A stretch of DNA of 63,733 nucleotides, counting the filler, from Octopus bimaculoides (taxonomy: Eukaryota): NCBI RefSeq assembly GCF_001194135.2. It is 7 parts of 7 records of this genome, joined end to end, with 100 filler letters (N's around TTAATTAATTAA, not from the genome) between each part and the next. Parts side by side here need not be neighbours in the genome. Positions count along the whole stretch, not along the records: positions 1 to 23,955 come from NC_068984.1; positions 24,056 to 35,858 come from NC_068988.1; 5 more parts are not named here. One strand, written 5' to 3'. The notes beneath the pieces are model-generated. The model saw only the letters and a list, made by a program, of their open reading frames with translations, had not been told where the DNA came from and ran no database searches. Made by a program: the position numbers and the translations under genes. This document shows, in pieces, positions 12,294 to 25,403 of the stretch (within the stretch, counting starts at the first letter, position 1; every line of letters begins with the position of its first letter).

Positions 12294-13851
12294 TATATGT
12301 ATAATTTTAATGCTGAGGAAGCTTTAGTTCAGTAATATATCTTCCTAGGAATTTTGGTCGGTTTTCTTTTTACTTAGCTTTGTTCTTTGTTCTTGCTTTG
12401 TGAAGAAACCTAACTTGAAGCAATTTTTTACAGATCGATCCTTAAACACTATTTTCTAAGCCTGAGAAAGATGAGCAGGGGGTACAATATTGAATTTTGC
12501 ACCCCCACAAAATTTTACCCCCTGCACACTCTGTTCCCGGTCCCTTGCCTACACTGAACTATTAAGAAATCTGCAGTTATTTTACTCAGATTGCAAGTTC
12601 AAGTTTATACTTGTAATTATTGGGGTACTGGTATATGTAACACATTACCTAAAAAAACATCTTGAGAAATTAAGCTTCTCAAAACCAGAAAGGAGAAAGC
12701 TGATTCGAAGCCAACACTGGAACTATAAAAATTTGTAAACCTTTCCAGAAGTTTATCATTTAAGTATATTCGTGCACGTCTAGACATAAAACTATATGCA
12801 TGAGAATACATACATGAATCAAAGCATACAAATCCGCACATGTACTGACTCCATATACTGCACATATACACACATGCATACAGAAACTGTTGACGTTGAA
12901 ATTCCAATGAAGGAGCCTTGGATTTATGTTAGAAACCGGTCCTTTTTCTATTGGCAAAGAAATCTTGAAATTAAACTGAATAACGACATACATACATACA
13001 TACATACAAACGGATTAACCTAGAACACGTGTGTTTGAAAAGTTGAGCAACGAAAGCTCCTACACACAAAATACGCACAAAGGAAAAAACGTTTCTTCCA
13101 AAAGATTCGTAATGTCTTGATTTTAAAGAAATATTTTTTAAAGTAATTAATAACATTTAAGGAAAGCTTTGTTTAAATATTGTTTAAATATTCTATCAAG
13201 TATTTTTTGCAACAGCTTTTACACACACACAAACACACCCACCCTGAGTCTGTCTTTCTGTCTACTTGCTTCTGTCTGTATATATACGTGTATATGTATC
13301 GTGATGTAAGTATCGTAAAATATATATTTGAACATATATTTCATAAATATACATACGGTGCAAACGTTATCTGATATAGAACGCAATACGTTAGGTGGCA
13401 TAGATAGATATGTTTATTATATCAAAACGTGATACTCTATGCTTAGGTGTGAGTATATATATATATATATCAAAATAAGCAACAAGGATATCCAAATTTG
13501 CTTATTTTGATTTTAATCACCTTATTTTGGAATTGTATGGATAATCCTTTATATCTTCTTCTATCCTTATCTAGTTTGGTATTGCTATTGTCTATCTCCT
13601 GCTCGTTATTTGACCATCTTAATTTTTATTTTATATCTCTATATAATCAACACACAACGCTTGACAGTCGCACACTGTAAGAACTCACCATTTGATGCAA
13701 GTCTGATGAAGTGTCAATCTAATGTATGAAGCCGAAAATATTACGTAAATTTTCTCATCGAACTTTTGTGTACAATGGCGTGAAAAACAGAATAGTACTG
13801 AAACAAACGTTATTAACTGATCACTAGGGATGTGCTAAACTCTTTTCTAGT

Positions 13852-13890
<39 letters not shown>

Positions 13891-14109
13891 TTGTTTTTGA
13901 TATTTTCTTCTGTATTAGTAATTGCTTAATTATTCTATTATTCTATTTTAGTATAGAAAGCAATCCCAAATATACTGGCATTGAACATTTTCAATTTTAG
14001 GAATCAGCCACTGGAAAATTTCACCTGGTTCCACATGTACTTTATTAATTTTTATTAGTTGCTTATAAGATAGTTGTGGTTTTCCCATGTAAATTAACCA
14101 TCCTGTGTG

Positions 14110-15300
14110 ATAAACAGGGCTTGCTCATTTTATTCATTAAAAAGCGAGCTTCCTATTTTAGTGAGGGAACTGTACATGGCGCGCACTTGTAAAAAATCAA
14201 ATTAATGGAGAGACTTAGAAACAGTTGTGGTTGACAGAGCATGAAGTTGGAAAGTTGGAAAAACTGTATTGGTGATGCTGAATAATGGATGGTACGAATG
14301 CCAAAACTATCGGTATTGAATTGTAAGAGGAAATGGAATTTACTAAATCTAGAGATAGCAAGAAATATTCGATGTAATTGGAAAAGAAGAATTTATTAAC
14401 TTACATTGAATGGAAAACCTTTTTGTAATTTTGATGTATTACCTCCATTAAAAATTAAGCGTTGTGGTGATTTACATTGAATGTCGAAGAATTCCAGATT
14501 TTATAAGTCTTTTATCTTTATCGACATAACAGTTTTGTATTTGTTGGTGATTATCTCAACTATGATTAGTTCATACTGTTTAGAAATATGATGGATTGGC
14601 CAATGTGGAATATAAACTCTCTCTCATTAGTAGATACTTGAAAATGATTAGCCACGGTGAAACTGCTTAACTGATTTGTGTGAAGAAGAGTATGTATACT
14701 ATGTGGGATATATTTAGTGTATTTGTAGTAGGAAACGTTTATATATAGTTCTATTTATCATTAGTAAAATAACCCAGCTCTGTAACTACAATAGCGTTTC
14801 TTAGTTAATAATAACAATGATAGCTAGTAATTGCTTTAACGTTTAACTTAATAATGTTTTCAATCAACAGTCTCCAATATCATCAACCCTTCGTAGTAAT
14901 TCGTACAATACTGTTTTGAAAACTATTTAGCAAGCGCCATGATTAGTAATGCCAGTAACCCCATTTAATAATGTCTGTAACACTGTGTAGTAATCTTCAT
15001 AGCATGTTTGTTAATAATTCTGATAAACCGAGAGCAGGAAAGACATTTTTCAAAAGTTCATTATACCTCACTGCTTTGATATATTGGAGAGCATCTACGG
15101 AGGAAATTAGAATGCTGAATGACAGGAGGATTGCAAGAGATCGATTTGCAGATAACCTAGTGGTGCAGACATTAGGGATGGGTTTAGAATATTATCTGAC
15201 ACATTTCCATTGGTAATTTGTTGTAGTGCCAGGGATTATTTCGATGCCAATTCATTGAATGCTACGTCTGGCACAGTTGAAAAAGTAATGGTGTGATGAG
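14110..15300 (-). pseudogene. Probable highly decayed Penelope-like element (RT plus GIY-YIG region)
   Basis: Colinear motif remnants on the - strand: LRRVDDI (14876-14896, cf. YxRYVDDI), YYKYTKYIPHS, STNEREFIFHI, then IFYK..K*EARFL; many stops and frameshifts. Confidence 0.42.
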
Positions 15301-16440
15301 TTAATTGAAATTGATTATTGGAATCTTGAGTGAAGTTTTAGCGAAGTTTTGCATGCGAAAAGGAAGACGGTTTGTCAAGCTGATAATTTCTCTTTGGGTA
15401 TAGAGATTGCTGCTGTAGAAATGCAAAGATTTGCAATGTGTTCGAAAAAAACATTACTCAGTGCTGTGACAGTAGAGAAAAACATTATGCTGCAAAGCTA
15501 TCAAAACGAATGCGTATATCGCTTCGATTATATTTATGATTGTATTTTGAGCATATTGCCTGTTCTCACTGAAGTATTATGAATACATTACATAGTTTTA
15601 TAGATTCTGTCACCTCATCCAGTTTATGTTTCCTTATGTTCTTTTGCACATTCATATTTAATAAAACATTAGGAGATAAATACCTTGTAAATACTAATGA
15701 GAAATAAATAGCGAAACGTGTGAAAACAGTTCTAAGGATTATTATTCCTTTTAAAGGTATGTAAGCAATGTTCATTAAAAAATATTTTGGGCGACGATGG
15801 TATTTTGAGTAATCTTCCTAATTCCATAGCAGGACAGCCTGTTATACTCTTATTTGCAATGTATTCTATCACAGAGCACAGTATGATGAATGATAATCGG
15901 CTAACATATCATATACTGCCTGACTGATCACACGTATACTTTGAGCGAAACTCCAAGTTACAATCAAGTGAATCATCCTCTAATTTTCAACACGTACGTG
16001 TGTGTAAGTATGTGTGTGTTTGTAATGTGTGCGTATATTTTTCTTTGTGTGTGTGTGAGTGTGTGTGTTTCTTTAGCTTGAATCCTTATGCGTATTTGTT
16101 TTAATAATTTTTGATTTTGGTATTGTATATGTTTAGACGTAACTAGACGTCGTAACGTTGCTTAAGGAAGTTAGCTACCCAGCCTGATGTACAAAATCTT
16201 AAAGTAGTGCTTTATCATGTTTCTGGTTTCCTTAAGTAAGGTGGTGGGGATCCGCTCATGACGAGACTTTCTAATGTCGAGTTTCCGTTTAATTATCAGT
16301 TGATGGGTGATTTGGTAGCTGACATTGTCTTCCTGTTGTCGGATTTATGTGAAGGCTTAAAATGGTATTTTAAAAAATTTTTACTCTGAATAAACTTTAA
16401 AAAATTAAACGAAAGTGTACCTAATAGANNNNNNNNNNGA

Positions 16441-16443
16441 CAC

Positions 16444-16495
<52 letters not shown>

Positions 16496-16566
16496 GTCTG
16501 TCTGTCTGTCTGTCTGTCTGCCTGTCTGTGTGCCTGTCTGCCTGTCTGTCTGTGTGCCTGTCTGCC

Positions 16567-16621
<55 letters not shown>

Positions 16622-16644
16622 TTCTGTCTGTCTGTCTGTCTCTC

Positions 16645-16699
<55 letters not shown>

Positions 16700-16700
16700 G
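16441..16700. repeat. Compound (TCTA)-(TCTG)-(TC) microsatellite
   Basis: Direct observation. Confidence 0.97.
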
Positions 16701-17689
16701 CCTGCACAATATTATATATTCATATGCACACACATAAGTTTATTGTGGTCTCTCGTCGAATTTGAGTACGTATACATATAAACATCCATCCTTCCATCCA
16801 TCTCTCCGTCCGCCCGTCCGTCCGACCATAGATACATACTCCACACACATACTCACTCAAAGACTTATATAAATAGATAATTCTATACAAATGTAAATGC
16901 ATACATGAAAAAAAAAATGCATATATACTGTTTCTGAAGTGATATAATGAATAATCAAATTTTGTAGTAGATACGTAGCAAGTTTCTTAAATATTGTTAT
17001 AGAATCATGGAATTTTCATGGAAAGAAAATGTAAATCTGTGTCATTCATATAATTTCCAAAGTATTTCACGCTGGAAATGAAACAAAATGGATGAAGTGT
17101 GACCTAGAAATAAAATTACGGATACAGGTCAACGTGGACATATCTCTTTTCTGCGGTGATCAGTTAAATAAAGTGCAATATTGGTTGTTCTCGTTATATA
17201 GCCCCAGGCCAGCCCTGTGCAAACATCCTTATGACCCAAGGTATTTCAGCCGTGACCAACCATCCAAATTTTCTTTCATCCAGTCTGTCCTTCCCTTTTT
17301 ATGAGTATCGTGTGTGATATGAGGGGTCTTTGGCTGATATGTATCGCAGTCGAAGTGACTTCGTAGAGACTACCAAACTGACTTAAGATTATAATTGTAG
17401 TAAATGCCATGGTAGTAACTGTATCAGTATTACATCATAGTTTTCATGTAAATAAAAATAGAGAGGTTGATGTTTGCTTTCATTAGTTATGAGGTACCAA
17501 CTGTTAAACGTCTATATTTTTACGTAAGGCTTTAATCCTCCAACGCAAAGCGTCCCAATTTGGTATCAAATCTGTTTTGGCATAGTTTCTACTGCTTAAC
17601 AGCTATTCCTTTACAGACTTTTCAAGGCACTTCTCTTGTAGATCCAGCTCTAGTGAGGTCACCTTGCGAGTTAAAATCCTGGTTTGTCC

Positions 17690-17991
17690 TTCCGTAGGTT
17701 ACAACAAGTGTTCCACTTGATTCGATCAACGGAACAGTCTGATCGTGAAATCAACGTGCAAGTGACTGAGCACTCCACAGACACTCGTACTTTCAACATA
17801 GTTCTCAAGGAGACTCAATGTAACACACTGAATGTGACAAGGCTGGCCCATTGAACTTCAGGTATTCATTTTTTTAGCTAAGTGAACTGGAGCAACGTGA
17901 AATAAAGTGTCTTGCTCAAGAACACAACGCACCGTAGGGAATCGAGCTCACGATCGCAAGATCATGAGCCGAATATCCTAGCCACTAAACC
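17690..17991 (-). mobile_element. tRNA-headed SINE (family C tail)
   Basis: Tail GATCAACGGAACAG..CGTGAAAT..ACGTGCAAGTG shared with 47130-47440 and 47666-48059; tRNA-like head at 17930-17991. Confidence 0.85.
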
Positions 17992-18031
17992 ATCACAACT
18001 GGAATGCCTTGGATCATAGGTATGTTTGCGA

Positions 18032-18116
18032 AGGTGCGTAGCTTAGTGGGTAGGGTATTCGGCTTATGATCGTAAGGTTGTGAGTTCGGTTACCGACGGC
18101 GCATTGTGTGCTCAAG
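18032..18116 (+). mobile_element. tRNA-like SINE head fragment, inverted relative to the copy at 17690-17991
   Basis: TAGCTTAGTGG box A, GAGTTCGGTTACC box B-like. Confidence 0.8.
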
Positions 18117-21100
18117 TTAGAAGACCGAAGGGTACCTTATAGCTAGAGGAGAAGAGAAGAGTGAATGTGATGATTTTAGGCAAGATTTAGGCAAGGCTGA
18201 GTTGATAAGCCGTGACCTTACCACTCCTATGTGAACTAGAATTCCTAACATAGGTGTTTTGTCTTTGGGGAACAATCACCAAAGATTTTTATTGTTGAAA
18301 ACCGAGAAGTTACTATGGTTATAAATATCTTTTCTGAAGAAGATTAGCAACGTATGCAAGACTGGTCTATCGACTCGTTTTGAGGGAATCTAACGCAGTT
18401 TATTGGTTATACACAAATCCAATTATGGCAAGATTTGTATACGTTTGAACTCAAACCAACGAGGGCGAAATTATATAGAACAGTACAGTCTACTGTTTCA
18501 GCCATCTCCATTTAAAGAGAAAAAATAACGAAAATGATAGTGATGATGGCAATAATAATGACTATGATGATAATAATAATTTATCATAACAAAAACCATT
18601 GAAATAAATTGTGGGAGAAGAATGGATTTCGCAGTTTGATCTATTAAAACACTTTATAGAAGAGATAAACTTTATATCTTGTGATTGCTATTGTCAGGAA
18701 TCTTTTGATAACTACTGGGTTTGGAATGATTCGGAAGTAAAAAGTACTTATGCTTTGTTACTGTATAAGATGCCTACATCTAGCTTAGAAATCATGATTT
18801 ATTTTGAGAATTAAAATCGAAAAAAAAAAGAATAAAAAATATTCACTATTTAAAAGCCTTTCTTAATTTTCATACGAAGTATCGAAGCATGGAAAATGAC
18901 ATTTTTTCAGTTATATTTTCTTCTTTAATGGAAGATTACAAATTTAAGAAGCCATTACATTTCTTCCTTTCATTCGTACAATTCAACACAATATTAGAAG
19001 AATATCATTCTAGCAGGTTCCAAAATCGATTCTCTTATATCTGTTGGCAATAACTAAACCAAAATTTTAAGCAATCGAATTGATGCTGACACTTTAGTTT
19101 TAGCCTGTCAGTTATAATCAAAGAATATACTGAAGCATAATGGTTGGAAAATCTTCCCCATTATCGAACGGAAAACATTAAAAAATATCAGTGAAATTTA
19201 TCGCTGAATCGGTAAAGAATTATACCGTTATCTTAATACTTTACATAATGACCATGATAAGATAATCTCCGAAGTAAAATGACTCACCTCAATACACTTA
19301 GCCTCAGCACACACAAATATATAATCATACTTTCACATACACGCTTATGGAAACATAATCAATATAGACTTTCAATAAAATATTGAAACCGTTATTTCAA
19401 AATAAAAGTAATTATTCTTAATGAACTCTATTTCATATAATTTTCTTAAAACCAACTTTTTTGATCGGTTCCAATGTATAATTCAGATGGGAATATAACT
19501 TGTTGTATCCATTAGTCTATTAGAATTGAAGTTAGTTTTAGAACAAGGCGACATTTTCAAAATAAACTATTGTTTCGTTTATTTAATTTTCTATTCCATG
19601 TGTTAGTAATTTAGAATCTTAAAAGTTTTCTCGACGCTATTTTATCACATGGTAAATTACATCAGCGAGAGCTACAGCACGAAAATCGGCGCATTCTAGA
19701 GAATATCTATGGTTCGTATCTCATTCACCAACATTGATTTTTGTCCAAGACAGTTTCAGGTGATTCATTTACCTCGCTATAAAGATGTTCCATACTGTGT
19801 GTGCACTGTATAACTGCTGATGATTTCGTTAGTTTACAATGCCAAGTTCAAATCCTGCTATTTATGTAAGATTTGTAGATGAATGAGCACAGTCGAGTCA
19901 ATCTGCGTTCAACACACTGCCAGCGATTGAAATTTTCACATGATGCTCCAGTGACAATGAACTGCGAGAGAATTGCATCTCTTTAAATATCTGGTCGTTA
20001 AACAAATGACAATGGCGTGAGTTAATAACAATAAACCATACTTCAGTTTTGATAAAGTTTGCCAACTGCATCGATCTGTCTACCAGCAAAACAATGTACA
20101 GGCAGTTGAACGAATAAACACAGAGGGCACAATTCTCTCCTTTTCTTTCTCTCTTTTCTACATTCTCACTTTTCCTTTCTCTTTCTCGTGTGTGCATATT
20201 TGTGTAGGTGGGAGTAGTACAAAGGAATGTATTGTGAATACAGATGAATGGGAATAGCGTAAAACACATATGCTTAAATTTAATACAAGTTCTACTATCG
20301 CAATCTCAAAACGCAATTTTAACATATAAGGCATAATTGTATATACATTGACACTGGAATATCACAGATATTGTCACAATTCAGTGCTGAATATATTGTA
20401 TCTGACATATGAAGAACAAATACTGAAATATATAACAATTGCTTGTATTAACGATCGCACTGACTGCAGCAGGCGGTGTTCAATGATATCTGGTAATGAT
20501 GGGAAAGGAAAAAATAGTGGTTTTGGTGGCGGAGAATGTTAGTTTAGTGATGATATGAAACAGACTATTAGAATGGGTTGATATGAAAATGGTGGTAAGC
20601 ATAGTTGAAAAAGATGGATTACTTTTTTTCCAGTTTATTAATTCACTAATATTAGCGAATGAATAAAGAGAGAAAACTATTATCCACGAAGCTTTTCACA
20701 GTATTTATTGACTTTCCATTTGCTACTGAGTGAGTAATAATGGCAAATTGTTGGCTTGGAAAAAAAATGGGGTTGCAAAGCTGGTTGTTGTCATGGTAAC
20801 TGGTTTGCGACTGTATTTATTGATTACTCAGCCTGTGTGGATTTAAACGCCAAATTGTTGGATCTTGAGTAAAGTTTAATACGTCTCCTCTATTTTAGCA
20901 CTGATATTTTTATTGGCAAAGTGCCTGTAACCAACTGGTTATGTTGGTTTGGTCGGTATTTTGTAAAGTATTGAGGAACTAACGCTTGTCATATGATCGG
21001 AAGCAACTAATGTAATAGACAGCAGATCAGCTGTCTCTTTGATGCGTCCAGCTGAAAACAATCGAGTAATTATAACTATTAATATCTTCCGAGCAACTTA

Positions 21101-21469
21101 AACCTGTGGCGTATATTATCAGTTAAGTAGGCAGGTTTGTATTCCTGAATGAATGATAGGTTCTTAATTAAGGAAACCGGAACAAATAGGAGAATAATCG
21201 ATGGAAACTGGGAGGAAAGATTTTCAAAATAGTGTTAAGTGTTTCTCCAATTTGTTTTTGTTTTCAAATTCGGATATAGATGAAGACACAACAGCAAAAA
21301 AATAGGGTTGTTTTTCAAGTGTAATGACTCCTTAAAAGTTTTGGGAAAGGAAACATAGACAGTGGTAGAAATAAAGCACAAAGAGTTGAAAAGAGAGGGT
21401 AGTAAAATATAGCAGTAAGTATAAAAAGAGTGAAGCAACAGTCAGCACCTTTGCATTTCAGGTATAAAT

Positions 21470-21626
21470 CATCTGATGAGCTTCTATACAGTTTTTGTTT
21501 ACCCAATCTCACTTTCAAGGCTTGGGTTGACTCGAAACAATGATAAAAGACGCTCAAGTACCACGCGTTGGGGTCGAACTCAGAACCTCATGCTTGCAAA
21601 GCGAGCGTCTTAACCATGCGACCACG
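21470..21626 (-). mobile_element. Old family B SINE
   Basis: Diverged CORE-like middle and tRNA-like head (GTCGAACTCAGAACC..TTAACCATGCGACC). Confidence 0.7.
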
Positions 21627-22366
21627 TTGCGTCTATGACAGCAGATAACACCTATTAGATAAAATATCGGTTCAAACGTAAGCTTAATTATCCATTGAAA
21701 ACAAACATAGTACTACGAATAGTTAACTACAGACTAGTTTCATTTCGAAACTCAACGTCTGACTCACTAATTACCTTTAGTAAACTTGTATTGTCTTCGA
21801 TCATCCAAAACACACCTGACACAGAGTAAAAAAGAAAAAAAAATCAAATGTGAAGCAGGTAAGAATTGAAGCGCAACCTGCAAGGCTCTCTCTGATATTG
21901 TTTCAGGCAAGCATCAATTCCGACAGTCTTATTTGAGAACCAACTATAAACACGTGTGTATTTTACAGAATGTCATAGAGTGTTGTTAATCCTGCATATT
22001 ACAAAAGGCAAAAAAAAAGAAAGAAAAAAAGAAATTAAATGAAAGGAAAACGACAAGAAAAACAACTATAATGCCATTCACTTAAATCGCTCATTAGTGT
22101 TGTTTTTTGTTCTCTTTCTCAATAAACCGAGCCCTATTAGCATTCTTAATGAAGTATTAAAATCTGTAATTAGGTATTGTTTTCTAGAATCTAGTTTTGC
22201 AGAGATGCAGGAGTTAACGATCATTAACTACAACACTATTTAAAAGGTTCAAAATCTGAACGGAAACCGAATAAACAAATAAACAAATAAATGAATGAAT
22301 TTGCAAACAAACAAATGAACAAATAAATAAATAAATAAATAAATAAATAAATAGATGAATAATGAT

Positions 22367-22553
22367 TATTTACATTTGTCGGATATTTGTCCTCATCTTG
22401 TTTGTTGTCAACACAACGTTTCGGCTGATGTACCCTCCAGCCTTCGTCAGGTGTCTTGGGGAAATTTCGAACCTGGGTTCTCATTCCTAACGATGTTACT
22501 ATTATTATATTATTATTATTATTATTATTACTATTATTAATCAGGTCGCTGCC
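22367..22553 (-). mobile_element. Composite element: end of tRNA-like head, (AAT)n, hammerhead-containing body (family H)
   Basis: Reverse complement: GGCAGCGACCTG-(AAT)n-ACATCG..TTAGGAATGAGAACCCAGGTTCGAAATTTCCCCAAGACACCTGACGAAGG..GAAACGTTGTGTT..GATGAGGACAAATATCCG; sibling bodies at 25401, 42283 and 42621. Confidence 0.85.
22410..22455 (-). ncRNA. Minimal type I hammerhead ribozyme motif
   Basis: GACAC-CUGACGA-A-GGCUG[10 nt]CAGCC-GAAA-CGUU-GUGUU: stem I, stem II, full core, palindromic stem III AACGUU, predicted GUU cleavage triplet. Confidence 0.8.
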
Positions 22554-22562
22554 GTGATAATG

Positions 22563-22616
<54 letters not shown>

Positions 22617-23191
22617 TAATAATAGTAACNNNNNNNNNNNNNNNNNNNNNNNNNNNNNNNNNNNNNNNNNNNNNNNNNNNNNNNNNNNNNNNNNNNNNNN
22701 NNNNNNNNNNNNNNNNNNNNNNNNNNNNNNNNNNNNNNNNNNNNNNNNNNNNNNNNNNNNNNNNNNNNNNNNNNNNNNNNNNNNNNNNNNNNNNNNNNNN
22801 NNNNNNNNNNNNNNNNNNNNNNNNNNNNNNNNNNNNNNNNNNNNNNNNNNNNNNNNNNNNNNNNNNNNNNNNNNNNNNNNNNNNNNNNNNNNNNNNNNNN
22901 NNNNNNNNNNNNNNNNNNNNNNNNNNNNNNNNNNNNNNNNNNNNNNNNNNNNNNNNNNNNNNNNNNNNNNNNNNNNNNNNNNNNNNNNNNNNNNNNNNNN
23001 NNNNNNNNNNNNNNNNNNNNNNNNNNNNNNNNNNNNNNNNNNNNNNNNNNNNNNNNNNNNNNNNNNNNNNNNNNNNNNNNNNNNNNNNNNNNNNNNNNNN
23101 NNNNNNNNNNNNNNNNNNNNNNNNNNNNNNNNNNNNNNNNNNNNNNNNNNNNNNNNNNNNNNNNNNNNNNNNNNNNNNNNNNNNNNNNNNN

Positions 23192-23249
<58 letters not shown>

Positions 23250-23251
<2 letters not shown>

Positions 23252-23390
23252 CGGGCTTTCAAAAGGTTTCCTTCTACCAAATTCACTCACAAGACATTGG
23301 TCGACCCACTTGCCCAAGTTGCGGCGCAACGTGACTGACCCCGATACCGCGTACATACAAAGTGAGCTTCTTCACCACACAGCCATGCCC
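23250..23390 (-). mobile_element. Family B SINE 5' half
   Basis: CTACCAAATTCACTCACAAG..CACTTGCCCAAG..ACCACACAGCCATGCC. Confidence 0.85.
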
Positions 23391-23821
23391 GCGTCTGTAT
23401 ATTTAAGAAGTAAATGTAACTAAGAGACCTGAACGATAACAAAATCTCCCCAAATATTGTGCTTCAGAACCTTTAATGGGGTAAAATACTAGAAAAATTA
23501 GTGATTGATACCACATGAGACGACAATAATTACTACTTACTCGACATATCACTACATAAGTGTCCATAACAAAAAACGGTATATGAACGTGATATAAAGC
23601 AAACGTAATATCGACCACAAAATTATGCTAGCTATTAATATCGATCAAAATATTAATAGCTAACAGATTCATTATACTTGAGATCTTTTTTAAAAAACTG
23701 ATTACAACATCACTAGTTGCATTACCACCAACACTACTACCAACAATAGCAAAAACTAGTGTTGCGGTGCTAAAACTACTTATAACATAGTAAGAATAAT
23801 TCAACAGTAGTAACCATGTTA

Positions 23822-23833
23822 CTGCTGCTGCTG

Positions 23834-23906
<73 letters not shown>

Positions 23907-23955
23907 CACCACCACCATTGCTGCTGCTACTACTACTACTACTACTACTACTACT
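23822..23955. repeat. Compound trinucleotide array (CTG)-(CTA)-(CCA)-(CTG)-(CTA)
   Basis: Direct observation. Confidence 0.97.
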
Positions 23956-24055
23956 NNNNNNNNNNNNNNNNNNNNNNNNNNNNNNNNNNNNNNNNNNNNT
24001 TAATTAATTAANNNNNNNNNNNNNNNNNNNNNNNNNNNNNNNNNNNNNNNNNNNN
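23956..24055. other. Artificial 100-bp scaffold linker N44-TTAATTAATTAA-N44 (also 35859-35958, 39670-39769, 57181-57280, 60741-60840, 62374-62473)
   Basis: Identical geometry at six sites; the 12-mer encodes TAA in all six frames. Confidence 0.95.
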
Positions 24056-24137
24056 AGAAAAGCTCTACATTGTATTTGTCCCATCTTCGTTGAGCCCTAG
24101 GTGGCTAATAAAAGAAATGTATCTATCTATCTATCTC

Positions 24138-24177
<40 letters not shown>

Positions 24178-25006
24178 AGTGTGTGTGTGTGTGTACACAC
24201 ACATACATATGTGTATAACCCTTGGGCAGGTCTTTCAATATTAACTTTCTCCACCTCTCTGCATACAACGTGCTGCCGTTAAATAGATTACTGGAACTCC
24301 GGCTATCCATGATTAGATCGAATGTGAAAACTAGAGTCTATTCCGTTGACTTTTTCAGGCAGGTGTAATTTAAAATCAGAACGTAGGCAACCGGAAAATA
24401 TAACGGGAGCAATTTCTACCGACGTGCCAGCAATTCTGTCTCTCTTCCATCCAGTAGAGCAACGTGAAATGAATTGTTTCGCTAAAAAAAAATACGGAAG
24501 AACTTTCGGTCTGCGAATCGAACCCACGATCCAGTAATCTTGACTGAAACTCTCTAAACAATAGACCTTATGCGCGTAACCAAACATATAGAAAGGAGAA
24601 GAGTGAGAGATAAATGAAACGAGAAGATTAAGATAACTGAAGACATCCGTAGCCATTGAAAAAGTACTAAACGATGGACAAATATTCGACTAGATGTCTA
24701 TATAACTCTGTTTCCTTTTCTCCCCGGAAGGTATAGTATATTCTTTAAACTAGCATACAGCCATATCTAAATATGCTCGGAAAATAGAATGCTTTCAGCA
24801 GGCCTCATTCATTGTTGAATAAAACATTATTTTCCTGTAGATTTACGTCTTCTAATGTTTAAACAATATCTAAATGTGTCCTTTCTATAAAGTCTTTATT
24901 GTTATGATACTGACGATATATAATATATGGACACATAGAAAAATGAATAACTGACAGTTATAATCATGCGATCCTAAAGTGTACTTAATATATTCATGCA
25001 AAGAGA

Positions 25007-25175
25007 AGGCTGCGAGATGGTAGGATTGTTATCGCGCTGGGCATATTACTTCACAGCATTTCACTCGTCTTTACTTTCTGAATTCAAATTCCATCTCAGT
25101 AGACTTTACCTTTCATCATTTTGGGGTCGGTAAAATAAGTACCAGTTAAACACTGCTGGTCAATGTAATCAACTA
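25007..25175 (+). mobile_element. Old family A SINE
   Basis: AAGGCTGCGAGATGG head, GAATTCAAATTCC, CCTTTCATCATTTTGGGGTCGGTAAAATAAGTACCAG core. Confidence 0.8.
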
Positions 25176-25240
25176 TTCCCATTATTATTATTATTATTAC
25201 TATTATTATTATTATTATCATTATTATTATTATTATTATT

Positions 25241-25308
25241 CAGGTCATTGCCTGGAATCGAATTCGGAATCTTGGGGTTAGTAGCTCACGCTCTTAGCCA
25301 CTACGCCA
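25241..25308 (-). mobile_element. tRNA-like Pol III head of family H followed by (AAT)n
   Basis: Reverse complement ATGGCGTAGTGG (box A)..GAATTCGATTCC (box B-like)..AGGCAATGACCTG-(AAT)n; same head end as at 22542-22553. Confidence 0.8.
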
Positions 25309-25313
25309 TATAG

Positions 25314-25322
25314 CCGTAGTGG

Positions 25323-25403
<81 letters not shown>

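Noticed and set aside
13700-13745. CTGATGAAG..GAAA hammerhead-like string; another at about 41080-41130
   Set aside because: Stem I or stem II does not pair, or the NUH site is missing
24000-24011. TTAATTAATTAA repeated six times in the window (possible motif or piggyBac TTAA sites)
   Set aside because: Always centred in N44..N44; an artificial scaffold linker
25241-25308. tRNA gene candidates (also 47990-48059 and 38375-38445)
   Set aside because: Box A/B present, but there is no closed acceptor stem and they continue into SINE bodies
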